Source: Hydrogenophaga sp. (lineage in GTDB: Bacteria; Pseudomonadota; Gammaproteobacteria; Burkholderiales; Burkholderiaceae_C). From it: a DNA stretch of 39,853 bases. The stretch spans positions 1-39,853 of the forward strand of contig JALOSN010000001.1 of assembly GCA_025458415.1 (NCBI GenBank), written 5' to 3'. The position numbers and the translations under genes were made by a program. Below are positions 8,948-20,111 of the stretch, one piece after another (positions within the stretch are counted from its first letter, which is position 1; every line of letters begins with the position of its first letter). The notes beneath the pieces were generated by a model. The model was given only the letters and a program-made list of their open reading frames with translations, was not told where the DNA came from and did no database searches.

Positions 8948-9259
8948 ATGAAAAACCTGATCATCGCAAGCCTGATGGCTGTCACCTCACTTGGCGCCAT
9001 GGCCAACTCCAGCATCGGCGAAAACTGGGGCCAAGACATGGTCAGAAACGGCCCTGGCCTGACACGGGCCCAAGTGGTTGCAGAGCTCCGCGAAGCCCTA
9101 GGCAACGGCACGATCGCCTATGGGGAAGCAACGCCCGCGTCCAACTCAGCGCCTTTGACCTCGGCACTGACGCGTCGCCAGGTACGGGACGAAGTGCAGG
9201 CGCTTCGCAAGGCTGGGAAGTTGCCAGTCCATAGCGAACGCGGCCGCGCTCAGTTCTGA
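8948..9259 (+). CDS. DUF4148-like small periplasmic protein
   Basis: Signal peptide; two TRAQV.AEL-type repeats (LTRAQVVAEL, LTRRQVRDEV); AAAGGA RBS before ATG 8948. Confidence 0.75.
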   Translation: MKNLIIASLMAVTSLGAMANSSIGENWGQDMVRNGPGLTRAQVVAELREALGNGTIAYGEATPASNSAPLTSALTRRQVRDEVQALRKAGKLPVHSERGRAQF

Positions 9260-9346
9260 TGGCAATGTTGTACGACCTCGCGGATGGCGGGACTGTGGTG
9301 GTGCCCCATCCGCTGGTCAGACAACATCAAAGACGGATAGTGGACA

Positions 9347-9372
9347 TGTAACGTCTGAGCGGGTTGGACGAC
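9347..9372 (+). promoter_or_regulatory. ECF-type promoter TGTAAC-N16-CGAC
   Basis: Directly upstream of the ECF sigma gene (possible autoregulation). Confidence 0.6.
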
Positions 9373-9431
9373 TTTGTATGGCAGCCCATGCTGTACCGAT
9401 TACCGACACAACTCCATTGAAGGGCAGACAC

Positions 9432-10043
9432 ATGACGTTCCAACCTGACATCCATCCACCCACTGCAGTCGGCGATCCAGCAATCCTCAAGGATCCCTGG
9501 ACACCCTTGCGTCAGCGCCTGGTTCGCCACGCCAGAATGGTGGTGCATGAACCCGCACTCGCCGAAGACCTGGCGCAGGAGACTTTGATGAGCGTGCTGG
9601 AGAGCCCGCGGGCTTACCGTGGTGAAGCCTCGCTCACCACCTGGGCCACCGCCATCCTGAAAAACAAGATCGCCGACTGGTACCGATCGCCACACCAGAA
9701 ACGCCGGGTCTACAACGCCGCCGACGAAGGGGAAACCGATCCGACTGAAGGGCTCTTCAACGAACAGGGAAGCTACCTGGAGCCGGTACCCGCCTGGCAG
9801 CAGCCCGAAGGTCGTGAGGCCCAGCGCCAGATCATGAGCACCCTTGAAGCTTGCCTGCGCCACCTGCCAGCACAGACGGGCCGCGTGTTCATGATGCGTG
9901 AGTGGCTTGGGTTCGAAACGCCTGAAATCTGCGAGCGGCTGGGGCTTAGCGCAGACAATTGCCGCATGGTTCTACACCGGGCCCGTATGGGCTTGCGCCA
10001 ATGTATGACTTCACATGGCCATACCGCAAGGAGCGCTGCATGA
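9432..10043 (+). CDS. ECF sigma-70 factor
   Basis: AEDLAQET, ASLTTWATAILKNK, CLRHLPAQTGRVFMMREWLG...EIC..LG.S..NC...LHRAR; alternative start 9378. Confidence 0.92.
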   Translation: MTFQPDIHPPTAVGDPAILKDPWTPLRQRLVRHARMVVHEPALAEDLAQETLMSVLESPRAYRGEASLTTWATAILKNKIADWYRSPHQKRRVYNAADEGETDPTEGLFNEQGSYLEPVPAWQQPEGREAQRQIMSTLEACLRHLPAQTGRVFMMREWLGFETPEICERLGLSADNCRMVLHRARMGLRQCMTSHGHTARSAA

Positions 10044-10264
10044 ACATCTTTCATTCCTGTGAACGGGCCGCCGAGCTCATGTCACAGGCGCTGGATGAAC
10101 CTTTGGATCTGGCCGATCAGATGCGACTGCGCATTCATCTCAAGATGTGCGGCAATTGCCTGGAGGTCGAGAAACAGATGGGCCTGCTGCGATCGCTGAC
10201 AACGCAACTGGGCGCGCTTGCGCTGGATGACGACGCCGCCCCACTGAATGTTGAAGTGCGTTGA
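10040..10264 (+). CDS. zf-HC2 zinc-binding anti-sigma factor
   Basis: SCERAAELMS...HLKMCGNC (HxxxCxxC); ATGA overlap with the sigma stop. Confidence 0.88.
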   Translation: MNIFHSCERAAELMSQALDEPLDLADQMRLRIHLKMCGNCLEVEKQMGLLRSLTTQLGALALDDDAAPLNVEVR

Positions 10265-10379
10265 AACGCCTGTCGCCTGATGGGCTAACGTTCATCGGCC
10301 TGAAAGAGATGAAGCTGCCACCCCATACCAAACACCTCCCATGAGCGCCGTCGAAATGTATTGCGCTCAAAGCTGCGGC

Positions 10380-10658
10380 TATTGCAGCGCGGCCGAAAAT
10401 CTTCTGCGTCGAAAAGGCGACAAGCACTGCCAGAAATTTTCGGTGAATATGGTGAACACCCGGGCCTGCTGACCGAGAAGTCCTTCCTTGCACAAGATCG
10501 CAAAGACCCAGCTCTTGAGACAGACGCTCGTCTCACGGTTGCAACGAAGCGAACCTCACCATCTTGCCCCGCAACGCGGTGCGCTCAGCCGGGTCGATTG
10601 CCTTCGCTTGCGCTTTACCTCCCATCGCGCCCGGCGCCTTCGGATCGTTGGCACTCAT
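10380..10658 (-). pseudogene. Heavily deleted ECF sigma factor remnant
   Basis: ATG at 10658 gives DPAERTALRGKMVRFASLQP*DERL; a shifted frame then gives LKSWVFAIL-CKEGLLGQQARVF...QCL, i.e. separated pieces of regions 2 and 4 resembling the 9432 sigma. Confidence 0.6.
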
Positions 10659-10879
10659 TTCGGGGTCCTGTTCGACAGTTGATTGCGCGCCGCGCTGTAG
10701 CTGGAAACTGCATACGGCACCAGAAAGTTCAGCGCCACGTGGACCCAGGCAATGTCCCCGCCGGAAAAGATGGCGTCACCCTGGTTGATCAGATTGAGCA
10801 CGCAGCCCACGACGACCGAAACGCGCAAAGCGCCCACCACGATGGGTCGGGAAAACACCGTGCCGAAAAAGCGCTGCAT
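10655..10879 (-). CDS. nrtS: NrtS-like small membrane protein
   Basis: ALRVSVVVGCVLNLINQGD...LNFLVPYAVSSY family signature; GGAG RBS before ATG 10879. Confidence 0.75.
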   Translation of the reverse strand: MQRFFGTVFSRPIVVGALRVSVVVGCVLNLINQGDAIFSGGDIAWVHVALNFLVPYAVSSYSAARNQLSNRTPK

Positions 10880-11040
10880 CGACTGCTCCGAGTGAGGGGG
10901 GTTCTGACGCCATGCCGCGAGACCTGATCGCAGGTCGCGATTCTCCCGCAGAAACTCCACCGCAAGCGCGCAGCACGCAAAGGTGCCCATCGAAAGTGCT
11001 AGCGGCCCATACCCGAACGCCATGTGTGTTGCCCTGTTTG

Positions 11041-11067
11041 GTCGCACCCGCAGCGCCATTTGTTACA
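11041..11067 (-). promoter_or_regulatory. ECF-type promoter TGTAAC-N17-CGAC
   Basis: Minus-strand copy upstream of the nrtS-like gene. Confidence 0.6.
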
Positions 11068-11135
11068 CCGCACACAGCAGAGCCGTTTCCGATCCAGATC
11101 GCATACGGCCAACAACAAAAACTTGATCGAGGCGG

Positions 11136-11161
11136 TGTAACGATTTCAGGCCTGCAACGAC
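11136..11161 (+). promoter_or_regulatory. ECF (SigF-like) promoter TGTAAC-N16-CGAC
   Basis: Upstream of bufA1; bufferin operons are known to be SigF-regulated in Caulobacter. Confidence 0.7.
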
Positions 11162-11233
11162 TACTCCCTGCAAGCCCGGTTTATTGGCGAGCACCTTCCC
11201 CTCTCAACCTTCATCCAATTTCAGGAGATCACC

Positions 11234-11554
11234 ATGAATCACAGCATCACCCGCCGCAATGCCGCACAGATCGCCTCTGGCGCCGCCCTCGCGCTGGCCA
11301 TGGGTGCCGCCATGACGCTGGCTGCCAGCCCGGTCGCAGCCCAGAGCGCCGATAAAGAGAAGTGCTTTGGCGTCGCTCTCAAAGGCAAGAACGACTGCGC
11401 CGCCGGCCCTGGCACCAGCTGCGCCGGCACGTCCAAGGTCGACTACCAGGGCAACGCCTGGTCGCTGGTGCCGAAGGGCACCTGCGAGAAGACGGCTTCA
11501 CCGAAGTCGCCCACCGGTTTTGGCCAACTCAAGGAATTCAAGGAAAAGGCCTGA
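11234..11554 (+). CDS. bufA1: BufA1/DUF2282 bufferin-type RiPP metallophore precursor
   Basis: Signal peptide then [43 protein letters not shown] (4 Cys); upstream of DUF692. Confidence 0.9.
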   Translation: MNHSITRRNAAQIASGAALALAMGAAMTLAASPVAAQSADKEKCFGVALKGKNDCAAGPGTSCAGTSKVDYQGNAWSLVPKGTCEKTASPKSPTGFGQLKEFKEKA

Positions 11555-11599
11555 CCGCCTGAGCGCGACCGTTGGACAGCAGACACAGGAGACCTTGCC

Positions 11600-12577
11600 G
11601 TGACATCGACGCCAGCATCGGACTCCGTCAGCATGCCACCGGTCACGCTCATCCGCCCCTCTCGATCAGACCCTGAGTCGCTGTCACCGCGGGCGGGACT
11701 CGGGCTCAAACCCCAACATTTCGCCCACATCCACCAGCACCAGCCCGCTGTGGGCTTCTTCGAGGTGCACGCGGAAAACTTCCTAGTGGCCGGTGGACCC
11801 ATGCACCACCACCTCACCCGCATCCGCGAGCACTATCCGCTGAGCATCCACGGCGTGGGTCTGTCCATCGGGGGCGAGGATCCGCTGGATGCAGGCCACC
11901 TGGAAGCCGTGGCCTGCCTGGTCGAGCGCTACCAGCCAGCCGTGTTCTCTGAACATCTGGCCTGGTCGAGTCACGGCGGTGTCTTCTTCAATGACTTGTT
12001 GCCCCTGCCTTACAACCTGCCCACGCTGCAACGCGTGTGCGACCACATCGATCGGGTGCAAAGCCGCCTGGGGCGTCGCCTGTTGCTGGAGAACCCTTCC
12101 ACCTATGTGGCGTTCGTCAGTTCCACCTGGAGCGAAGGCGATTTTCTGCGCGAGGTAGTCCACCGCACCGGCTGCGGCCTGCTGCTCGATGTGAACAACG
12201 TCTATGTGTCCAGCATCAACCACGGCCAGGATCCCCGGCGCATTCTTTGCGAACTGCCCTGCCACGCCGCTGGTGAAATCCACCTGGCCGGTTTCGCCGA
12301 AGACATGGACGCTGCCGGCGATCGCCTCCTGATCGACACCCACGGCGCGCCCGTGGCCGAAACGGTCTGGGCGCTGTACGACACCGCACTGGCCATCACC
12401 GGCCCGCTGCCCACCCTGATCGAGCGCGACAACGACCTACCCGCTTTTGAGGTGTTGCTGCACGAGGCCCGCCTGGCCGAACAACACCTGTCAACCATTG
12501 CGCCAGCAATCCACGCGCGCACCCCCTGCCCCCGCGCGCCAACGCGCTACGCACCATCACGGGAGACCATCCCATGA
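11600..12577 (+). CDS. bufB: MNIO (DUF692) multinuclear non-heme iron oxidative enzyme, bufferin maturase
   Basis: [63 protein letters not shown]. Confidence 0.93.
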   Translation: MTSTPASDSVSMPPVTLIRPSRSDPESLSPRAGLGLKPQHFAHIHQHQPAVGFFEVHAENFLVAGGPMHHHLTRIREHYPLSIHGVGLSIGGEDPLDAGHLEAVACLVERYQPAVFSEHLAWSSHGGVFFNDLLPLPYNLPTLQRVCDHIDRVQSRLGRRLLLENPSTYVAFVSSTWSEGDFLREVVHRTGCGLLLDVNNVYVSSINHGQDPRRILCELPCHAAGEIHLAGFAEDMDAAGDRLLIDTHGAPVAETVWALYDTALAITGPLPTLIERDNDLPAFEVLLHEARLAEQHLSTIAPAIHARTPCPRAPTRYAPSRETIP

Positions 12578-13344
12578 GCACGCTGCAGCACTGGTCCAAC
12601 GCCTTGCTCGATCCCACGCTGGCGGCGCCCACCGGACTGACCACCTGGAATCACAGCGACCCTGAGAAGCGCCTGGCTGTCTATCGCAACAACGTGATGG
12701 TCTCCTTGGTGGACGCGCTGGCCCAGACCTTTCCGGTGAGCTTGCAACTGGTGGGCGAGCCGTTCTTTCGTGCCATGGCCCAGGTCTTTGTGCGCGCCCA
12801 CCCGCCCCGTAGCCGCGTGCTTGCGAACTATGGCAACGACCTGCCTGGCTTCATCAGCTCGTTCCCTCCGGCCAAGGGTTTGCCGTACCTGGCCGATGTG
12901 GCGCAACTGGAATGGCTGCGCCTGCAGGCGCTGCATGCCGCCGACGCGCCGCCCCTTGACCTCGACGCGATTGCCCGCCTGCTGCAGGACACAGAGACAT
13001 TGCCCACGCTCCATTGGCAACTGTCACCTGATTTGCACCTGCTGCAGTCCGCCCATGCGGTGGTTTCCCTCTGGGCGGCCCATCAGCCCGAGAGCGGCAT
13101 GGTGCTTGAAAACGTCGATGTGGCCCAGCCGGAGTCGGCCCTGGTTTTTCGCAGCGGCCTCGACGTGATGGTGTTGCAGGTCGATTCCGGCCTGGCGACG
13201 CTGGTCGCAGCCCTGCAGGGCAACGCCAGCTTTGGTGATGCCATTGACCACGCATTTGGTGCTGCACCTGAATTCGATCTGTCAGCTGCCCTGGCGGTGC
13301 TGATCCGGCACGAACTGTTGATGGGGGCGCAACACCTGCACTGA
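12574..13344 (+). CDS. bufC: DUF2063 (BufC/HvfC-like) MNIO partner protein
   Basis: [18 protein letters not shown]...LVGE.FF.AMA..F...HPPRS; [10 protein letters not shown]; overlaps the DUF692 stop. Confidence 0.88.
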   Translation: MSTLQHWSNALLDPTLAAPTGLTTWNHSDPEKRLAVYRNNVMVSLVDALAQTFPVSLQLVGEPFFRAMAQVFVRAHPPRSRVLANYGNDLPGFISSFPPAKGLPYLADVAQLEWLRLQALHAADAPPLDLDAIARLLQDTETLPTLHWQLSPDLHLLQSAHAVVSLWAAHQPESGMVLENVDVAQPESALVFRSGLDVMVLQVDSGLATLVAALQGNASFGDAIDHAFGAAPEFDLSAALAVLIRHELLMGAQHLH

Positions 13345-13407
13345 ACCTGACGGCAGTTGACCTCCTTCTATCGCTCACCACCACCCCAAGCCACCCAGGA
13401 GACCACC

Positions 13408-13938
13408 ATGAACACAGCCACCACCACCCAGGGTGCCGCAACCAGCGGCCTCATGACGCGCCTGACCAGCTTGCTGCAAGGCGTGCACAGCATGATGGGG
13501 CAATTGCCCAATGCCCTGCTGGCCTTCATTGCCCGCTTTTCCATCGCTGCGGTGTTCTGGAAATCTGGCCAGACCAAGATCGAAGGCCTGGCCATCGACA
13601 TCGTCAGCGGGACCTTCACACTGGGCATGCCCCGCCTGTCCGACAACGCAGTGTTTCTGTTCAAGGAGGAATACAAGCTCCCCGTCCTTCCGCCCGAGCT
13701 GGGTGCGGTGCTGGCGGCGCTGGGTGAGCACATCCTGCCCATTCTCATCCTTCTGGGCCTGGCGACCCGCCTCTCTGCCCTGGGCCTGCTGGTCATGACG
13801 CTGGTGATCCAGGTCTTCGTCTATCCCGACGCTTACGCCACCCATGGCACCTGGGCCGCCGTGTTGCTCTACCTCATGGCCCACGGTCCGGGCAAGCTGT
13901 CGATCGACGCCTGGATTGCCAGTCGCCACGGGCGCTGA
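13408..13938 (+). CDS. DoxX family membrane protein (BufD-like)
   Basis: ARFSIAAVFWKSG.TK, LFKEEY, GEHILP.L..LGLATR, GPGKLSID; AGGAGA RBS. Confidence 0.9.
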   Translation: MNTATTTQGAATSGLMTRLTSLLQGVHSMMGQLPNALLAFIARFSIAAVFWKSGQTKIEGLAIDIVSGTFTLGMPRLSDNAVFLFKEEYKLPVLPPELGAVLAALGEHILPILILLGLATRLSALGLLVMTLVIQVFVYPDAYATHGTWAAVLLYLMAHGPGKLSIDAWIASRHGR

Positions 13939-13963
13939 GCGCGCTGGCACGCGGGAGACCAGC

Positions 13964-14767
13964 ATGGGTACGGTGTCTGGCTGGCTCGGCTCACACCTGG
14001 CCAGCTACCTCTCCGCAGAGGTTCACCAGCACGGCAGCGCGCCACCTACCAGCGCCGAGCGACTACGTACCTCGTTGATGCCCGGGGATGTGCTGCTGGT
14101 GGAAGGCCACAGCCGATTCAGCACCGCCATCAAGTACCTGACCCAGTCCACCTGGTCTCATGCGTCCCTGTACGTGGGTACTGAGGCACTGGCCACCAAA
14201 CGTGCTGCACCCGATCATTGCTTCGTGGAAGCCGACGTCTCGGATGGCGTGCGCAGTGTGCCTGCCGAGATTTACGAGGGGTACCACACCCGCATCTGTC
14301 GCCCGGTCGGGTTGAGTGCGGACGAGATCAGGCAAGTGGTCAGGTATGCGGTCGCTCGCCTTGGTCACCAATACGACTTGCGCAATGTGTGGGATCTGGC
14401 CCGCTACCTGCTGCCAACGCCGCCAGTGCCATCGCGCTTTCGGCGGCGCATGCTGTCCCTGGGCAGCGGGGACCCGACGCGAGCCATTTGCTCCACCTTG
14501 ATCGCCCAGGCGTTCCAGTCGATCCGCTATCCCATCTTGCCGATGATCAGCTCCATCAGCCGCGATTGCCCGGAATGTCCCGGCTGCGTGGAAGAAATCC
14601 TGCGGGTGCGTCATCACAGTCTTTTCGCTCCAAGAGACTTCGACGTGTCACCGTACTTTGCGGTGGTCAAGCCGACCCTGTCGGAGGGTTTTGACTTTCA
14701 CAGCCTTCGATGGCAGTCCGACGCCGAAGAGCCTTTGACGCGCAGTACTCTGATGACCAGTCCATGA
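13964..14767 (+). CDS. YiiX/YebB-like permuted papain (NlpC/P60) hydrolase/acyltransferase
   Basis: L.PGDVLL, TQSTWSHASLYVG (catalytic His first), LGHQYD, AICSTLIAQAF (catalytic Cys); GGGAGA RBS before ATG 13964. Confidence 0.85.
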   Translation: MGTVSGWLGSHLASYLSAEVHQHGSAPPTSAERLRTSLMPGDVLLVEGHSRFSTAIKYLTQSTWSHASLYVGTEALATKRAAPDHCFVEADVSDGVRSVPAEIYEGYHTRICRPVGLSADEIRQVVRYAVARLGHQYDLRNVWDLARYLLPTPPVPSRFRRRMLSLGSGDPTRAICSTLIAQAFQSIRYPILPMISSISRDCPECPGCVEEILRVRHHSLFAPRDFDVSPYFAVVKPTLSEGFDFHSLRWQSDAEEPLTRSTLMTSP

Positions 14768-14840
14768 GCCAAGTCCACAGCAATGCTGGGGCGTATCTGG
14801 TGAGACTGTTCGCGGTTTGCCGATCAACATCTCCAGATGG

Positions 14841-15254
14841 TCAGGCTTGTCCGTCCCGGATCGATGCGATCAACGGGCAACGCACGCGTCCACGTGTCGA
14901 TCCGCAACGCGCCACCAGGTCGGCCAGCACCTGCTCGATGCGCTGCAGGTCTGACAATCGGGCTCTCACATCGGCCAGTTTGCGCTGCCCTCGTTCACGC
15001 GCCTCGCGACATTGCGATCCATCTTCCAGCGTGAGCAGGTCTGCCACTTCATCCAGGCTGAACCCAAGGCGTTGCGCAGATTTGATGAAGCGCAACCGAG
15101 CCAGATCAACGTCGTTGTACCGCCTGACACCACCCGGTGGTCGTCCAGGTTCAGGCATCAGGCCCTTGCGTTGATAAAAGCGGATGGTCTCCAGGTTGAC
15201 CCCGGCCACCCTGGCCATCGCGCCGATGGTGAGATTCTCAAACACGGTGCTCAT
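14841..15254 (-). CDS. merR: Hg(II)-responsive regulator MerR
   Basis: ENLTIG..A..AGVNLETIRFYQRKGL; Hg-binding Cys pattern (SQC...ARC.......CPLI); divergent from merT. Confidence 0.95.
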   Translation of the reverse strand: MSTVFENLTIGAMARVAGVNLETIRFYQRKGLMPEPGRPPGGVRRYNDVDLARLRFIKSAQRLGFSLDEVADLLTLEDGSQCREARERGQRKLADVRARLSDLQRIEQVLADLVARCGSTRGRVRCPLIASIRDGQA

Positions 15255-15259
15255 AACGC

Positions 15260-15290
15260 TTGACTCCGTACATGACTACGGACTTAAGCT
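15260..15290 (+). promoter_or_regulatory. mer operator/promoter
   Basis: TTGACT-19 bp-TAAGCT with the TCCGTAC-atga-CTACGGA dyad in the spacer. Confidence 0.92.
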
Positions 15291-15324
15291 TAAGCCATTG
15301 CACGGGCATTCACAGGACAGACAC

Positions 15325-15675
15325 ATGACAGAAAACCAAAAAGGGGGTGGCGCCCTTGCCGCCGGTGGGCTTGCTGCGCTTCTCGCCTCAACCTGCTGTC
15401 TGGGCCCGCTGGTTCTGATCACACTGGGCTTCAGTGGAGCCTGGATTGGCAATCTGACCGTGCTGGAGCCTTACCGGCCGCTCTTCATCGGTGCAGCGCT
15501 GGTGGCGCTGTACTTCGCCTGGCAACGCATTTACCGACAAGAACAAGCCTGCAAGCCCGGGGATGTATGCGCCATTCCTCAAGTGCGTGGCACCTACAAG
15601 CTCATCTTCTGGATCGTGGCCGCGCTGGTGCTGGTGGCGCTTGCCTTCCCCTATGTCCTTCCCTTGTTGTACTGA
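15325..15675 (+). CDS. merT: Mercuric ion transporter MerT
   Basis: LASTCCLGPLVL..LGFSGAWIGNLTVLEPYRP, ACKPGDVCA; 116 aa from ATG 15325. Confidence 0.95.
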   Translation: MTENQKGGGALAAGGLAALLASTCCLGPLVLITLGFSGAWIGNLTVLEPYRPLFIGAALVALYFAWQRIYRQEQACKPGDVCAIPQVRGTYKLIFWIVAALVLVALAFPYVLPLLY

Positions 15676-15687
15676 CCGGAGATCCCC

Positions 15688-17501
<1,814 letters not shown>

Positions 17502-17702
17502 CGCCAATAGCGCTTTGGTAGTCTTCTTCAGGAAGGCCCGCCTCGGCAAAGTCTCCTCCGACTTCTACGCACCCCATACTGAGCGCACCTTGGCTGTGCA
17601 AGCCGTTATTACCTTGTGGTGTCATTCGACGCAATCACAAGCGAAAAGCCTGGTTTGTAAAGCCGCCCTTCCCGCAGAGCACCATCCTCAACCGACCATC
17701 GC

Positions 17703-19988
17703 ATGCAAGCCCCAGAACAACCCATCCTGCGCGACTTGGTCCTTGTTGGTGGTGGGCACAGCCATGTGGTCGCGCTGCGCATGCTGGCCATGCAGCCTGA
17801 ACCCGGCCTGCGCATCACCCTCATCTGCAGCGACATCGAAACGCCCTACTCCGGCATGCTGCCTGGCTACATCTCGGGCCACTACAGCTTTGACGATGTG
17901 CACATCGACCTGGCCCGTCTGGCGTCGTTTACCGGCGCGCGCTTCATCCAGGGCGAAGTTACCGGACTGGACCGGACCAACCAGCGCGTGCTGGTGCGCG
18001 ACAGACCCTCGGTTCCCTACGACCTGCTGTCCATCAACACCGGCTCCACGCCCAATGTGCGTCTGGTCAAAGGCGCGCAGGCGCACACAGTACCGGTCAA
18101 ACCGATTGCGCAGTTCAACCAGCGCTGGCTGCGCCTGCTGGGGCGCGTGCGTGAACTGAAAAGTCGCTTCACCATAGCGGTGGTGGGTGGTGGCGCAGGG
18201 GGTGTGGAATTGGTGCTGTCCATGCAGTACCGGCTGCGCAAGGAATTGCAGAAACTGGGCCGCAGCCCCGATCTGCTGCACTTCGTTTTGATCACCGCCG
18301 ACAACAGCATTCTGCCAACGCACAACCCCTCGGTGCGCGAGCGCTTCCTACGGGTTCTGCAGGTGCGCCATGTGTCGGTACACACGCGCGCCAAGGTCTC
18401 CGAGGTTTCACCCGGCTGCCTGCACACGCAGGACGATCGCGCCTTCGACGCCGACGAAACCCTTTGGGTCACGCAGGCCAGTGGTCCGGCGTGGCTTCAA
18501 TCCACGGGCCTGGCACTGGACCAGCAAGGATTCATCCAGGTGAATGAACAGCTGCAGTCATTGAATGACCCCAAGGTCTTTGCTGCGGGCGACGTGGCTT
18601 CGTTTACGGCACGTCCGCTGGAAAAAGCCGGCGTGTTCGCTGTGCGCATGGGCGCGCCACTGGCAAAGAACCTGCGTCTGCAGTTGCGTGGCCAGCCGTT
18701 GGTGGCTTACAGGCCGCAACGCAGCTGGCTGGCACTGATCTCCACCGGAGACCGCTACGCCGTGGCCTCACGTGGTCGTCTGGGTTTCGCCGGCGCCTGG
18801 GTCTGGACCTGGAAAGACTGGATCGACCGCCGTTTCATGCGCAAATTCACCGAGCTGCCCGCGATGACACCCGGTGCGGCGTCAACGGCAGCGCCCACCA
18901 GCGGCCTGGCGTTGAGCGCCGAAGAATCGCGCCAGGCCATATCAGCCATTGCCATGCGATGCGGCGGCTGCGGCGCCAAGGTGGGTGCCAGCATCCTGAC
19001 GCGCGCACTGGGCCACCTGCAACCGGTGGAGCGCGACGACGTGCTGATCGGCCTGCATTCGCCCGACGACGCTGCCGTGGTGCGCGTGCCACCCGGTAAG
19101 GCCATGGTGCACACGGTGGATTTTTTTCGCAGTTTCATCGACGACCCTTACCTGTTCGGCCAGGTGGCGGCCAACCACGCGCTGGGCGACATCTTCGCCA
19201 TGGGGGCCGAGCCGCAGTCCGCCACCGCCATTGCCACCGTGCCGCCAGGCCTGGAGGCCAAGGTGGAAGACCTGCTGCTGCAGATGATGACGGGCGCGAT
19301 CGAAGTGCTCAATGCCGCGGGCTGTAGCCTGGTCGGCGGGCACACCGGCGAGGGCCGCGAGCTGGCATTGGGCTTTGCCATCAACGGCCTGATCGACGAA
19401 CGCATGGAAGGCTTGATGCGCAAGGGCGGCATGTTGCCGGGTGACGTGTTGCTGCTCACCAAACCCATGGGCACCGGCACCTTATTCGCTGCCCACGCAC
19501 AACACGCGGCCAAGGGGCGCTGGATCGACGCGGCGCTCAAATCCATGGTGGTGTCCAACCAGGCCGGTGCACAGATCTTGCGCGAACACGGCGCCACTGC
19601 CTGCACCGACCTGACAGGTTTCGGCCTGCTGGGCCATCTGGTGGAAATGACCCGCCCTTCGGGCGTGGACGCCGAACTTCAGCTGAGCGCCCTGCCCTTG
19701 CTCGATGGCGCAGTGGCCTGTGTGGAGGCCGGCATCGTAAGTTCATTGCAACCGGCCAATGTGCGGTTGCGCCGCGCCCTGCGTAACGCCGAAGACTTCG
19801 TGAAAGATCCGCGCTACCCGCTGTTGTTCGACCCGCAGACGGCGGGCGGCCTGCTGGCCAGCGTGCCCGCTGCCCTTGCGGCCGATTGCATCCGCGCGCT
19901 GAAGGCGGCGGGCTATGAGCAGACGGCCGCCATCGGGCGCATCAGCGGCGCTTCTGACGCGCTGGAGCCCTTGGTGCTCATTCCGTGA
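17703..19988 (+). CDS. selD: Selenide, water dikinase SelD fused to an N-terminal FAD/NAD oxidoreductase domain
   Basis: N-domain GGGHSH, YSGMLPG, GGGAGG, FAAGD; C-domain RCGGCGAKV, DDAA, HTVDFF, ANHALGDIFAMG, GGHT, LTKP.GTG, TDLTGFGLLGHL, DPQTAGGLL. Confidence 0.93.
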   Translation: MQAPEQPILRDLVLVGGGHSHVVALRMLAMQPEPGLRITLICSDIETPYSGMLPGYISGHYSFDDVHIDLARLASFTGARFIQGEVTGLDRTNQRVLVRDRPSVPYDLLSINTGSTPNVRLVKGAQAHTVPVKPIAQFNQRWLRLLGRVRELKSRFTIAVVGGGAGGVELVLSMQYRLRKELQKLGRSPDLLHFVLITADNSILPTHNPSVRERFLRVLQVRHVSVHTRAKVSEVSPGCLHTQDDRAFDADETLWVTQASGPAWLQSTGLALDQQGFIQVNEQLQSLNDPKVFAAGDVASFTARPLEKAGVFAVRMGAPLAKNLRLQLRGQPLVAYRPQRSWLALISTGDRYAVASRGRLGFAGAWVWTWKDWIDRRFMRKFTELPAMTPGAASTAAPTSGLALSAEESRQAISAIAMRCGGCGAKVGASILTRALGHLQPVERDDVLIGLHSPDDAAVVRVPPGKAMVHTVDFFRSFIDDPYLFGQVAANHALGDIFAMGAEPQSATAIATVPPGLEAKVEDLLLQMMTGAIEVLNAAGCSLVGGHTGEGRELALGFAINGLIDERMEGLMRKGGMLPGDVLLLTKPMGTGTLFAAHAQHAAKGRWIDAALKSMVVSNQAGAQILREHGATACTDLTGFGLLGHLVEMTRPSGVDAELQLSALPLLDGAVACVEAGIVSSLQPANVRLRRALRNAEDFVKDPRYPLLFDPQTAGGLLASVPAALAADCIRALKAAGYEQTAAIGRISGASDALEPLVLIP

Positions 19989-20022
19989 AGAAGTGCCGCA
20001 ATCCAGTGTGTTTCGGAAACCA

Positions 20023-20055
20023 GCTGTAACCCACACAGGCCCGCCGGCGACTGAC
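20023..20055 (+). promoter_or_regulatory. ECF-type promoter GCTGTAAC-N17-CGACTGAC
   Basis: Upstream of 20112; both 8-mers identical to the arsS promoter. Confidence 0.7.
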
Positions 20056-20111
20056 GGGAAGGATTGGCAATAAAAGATTGCCAAGGCTTGAATCCACCCA
20101 CCCACGGCCCC

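Noticed and set aside
11552-11600. bufA1 TGA is in frame with the DUF692 gene (15 sense codons between), suggesting selenocysteine read-through given selD
   Set aside because: The TGA is at the normal family C-terminus, not a Cys position; DUF692 has its own AGGAGA RBS; no SECIS-like hairpin is evident; same frame is a 1-in-3 chance
17656-17682. TGTAAA-N17-GCAC upstream of selD as an ECF promoter
   Set aside because: Both boxes mismatch the consensus
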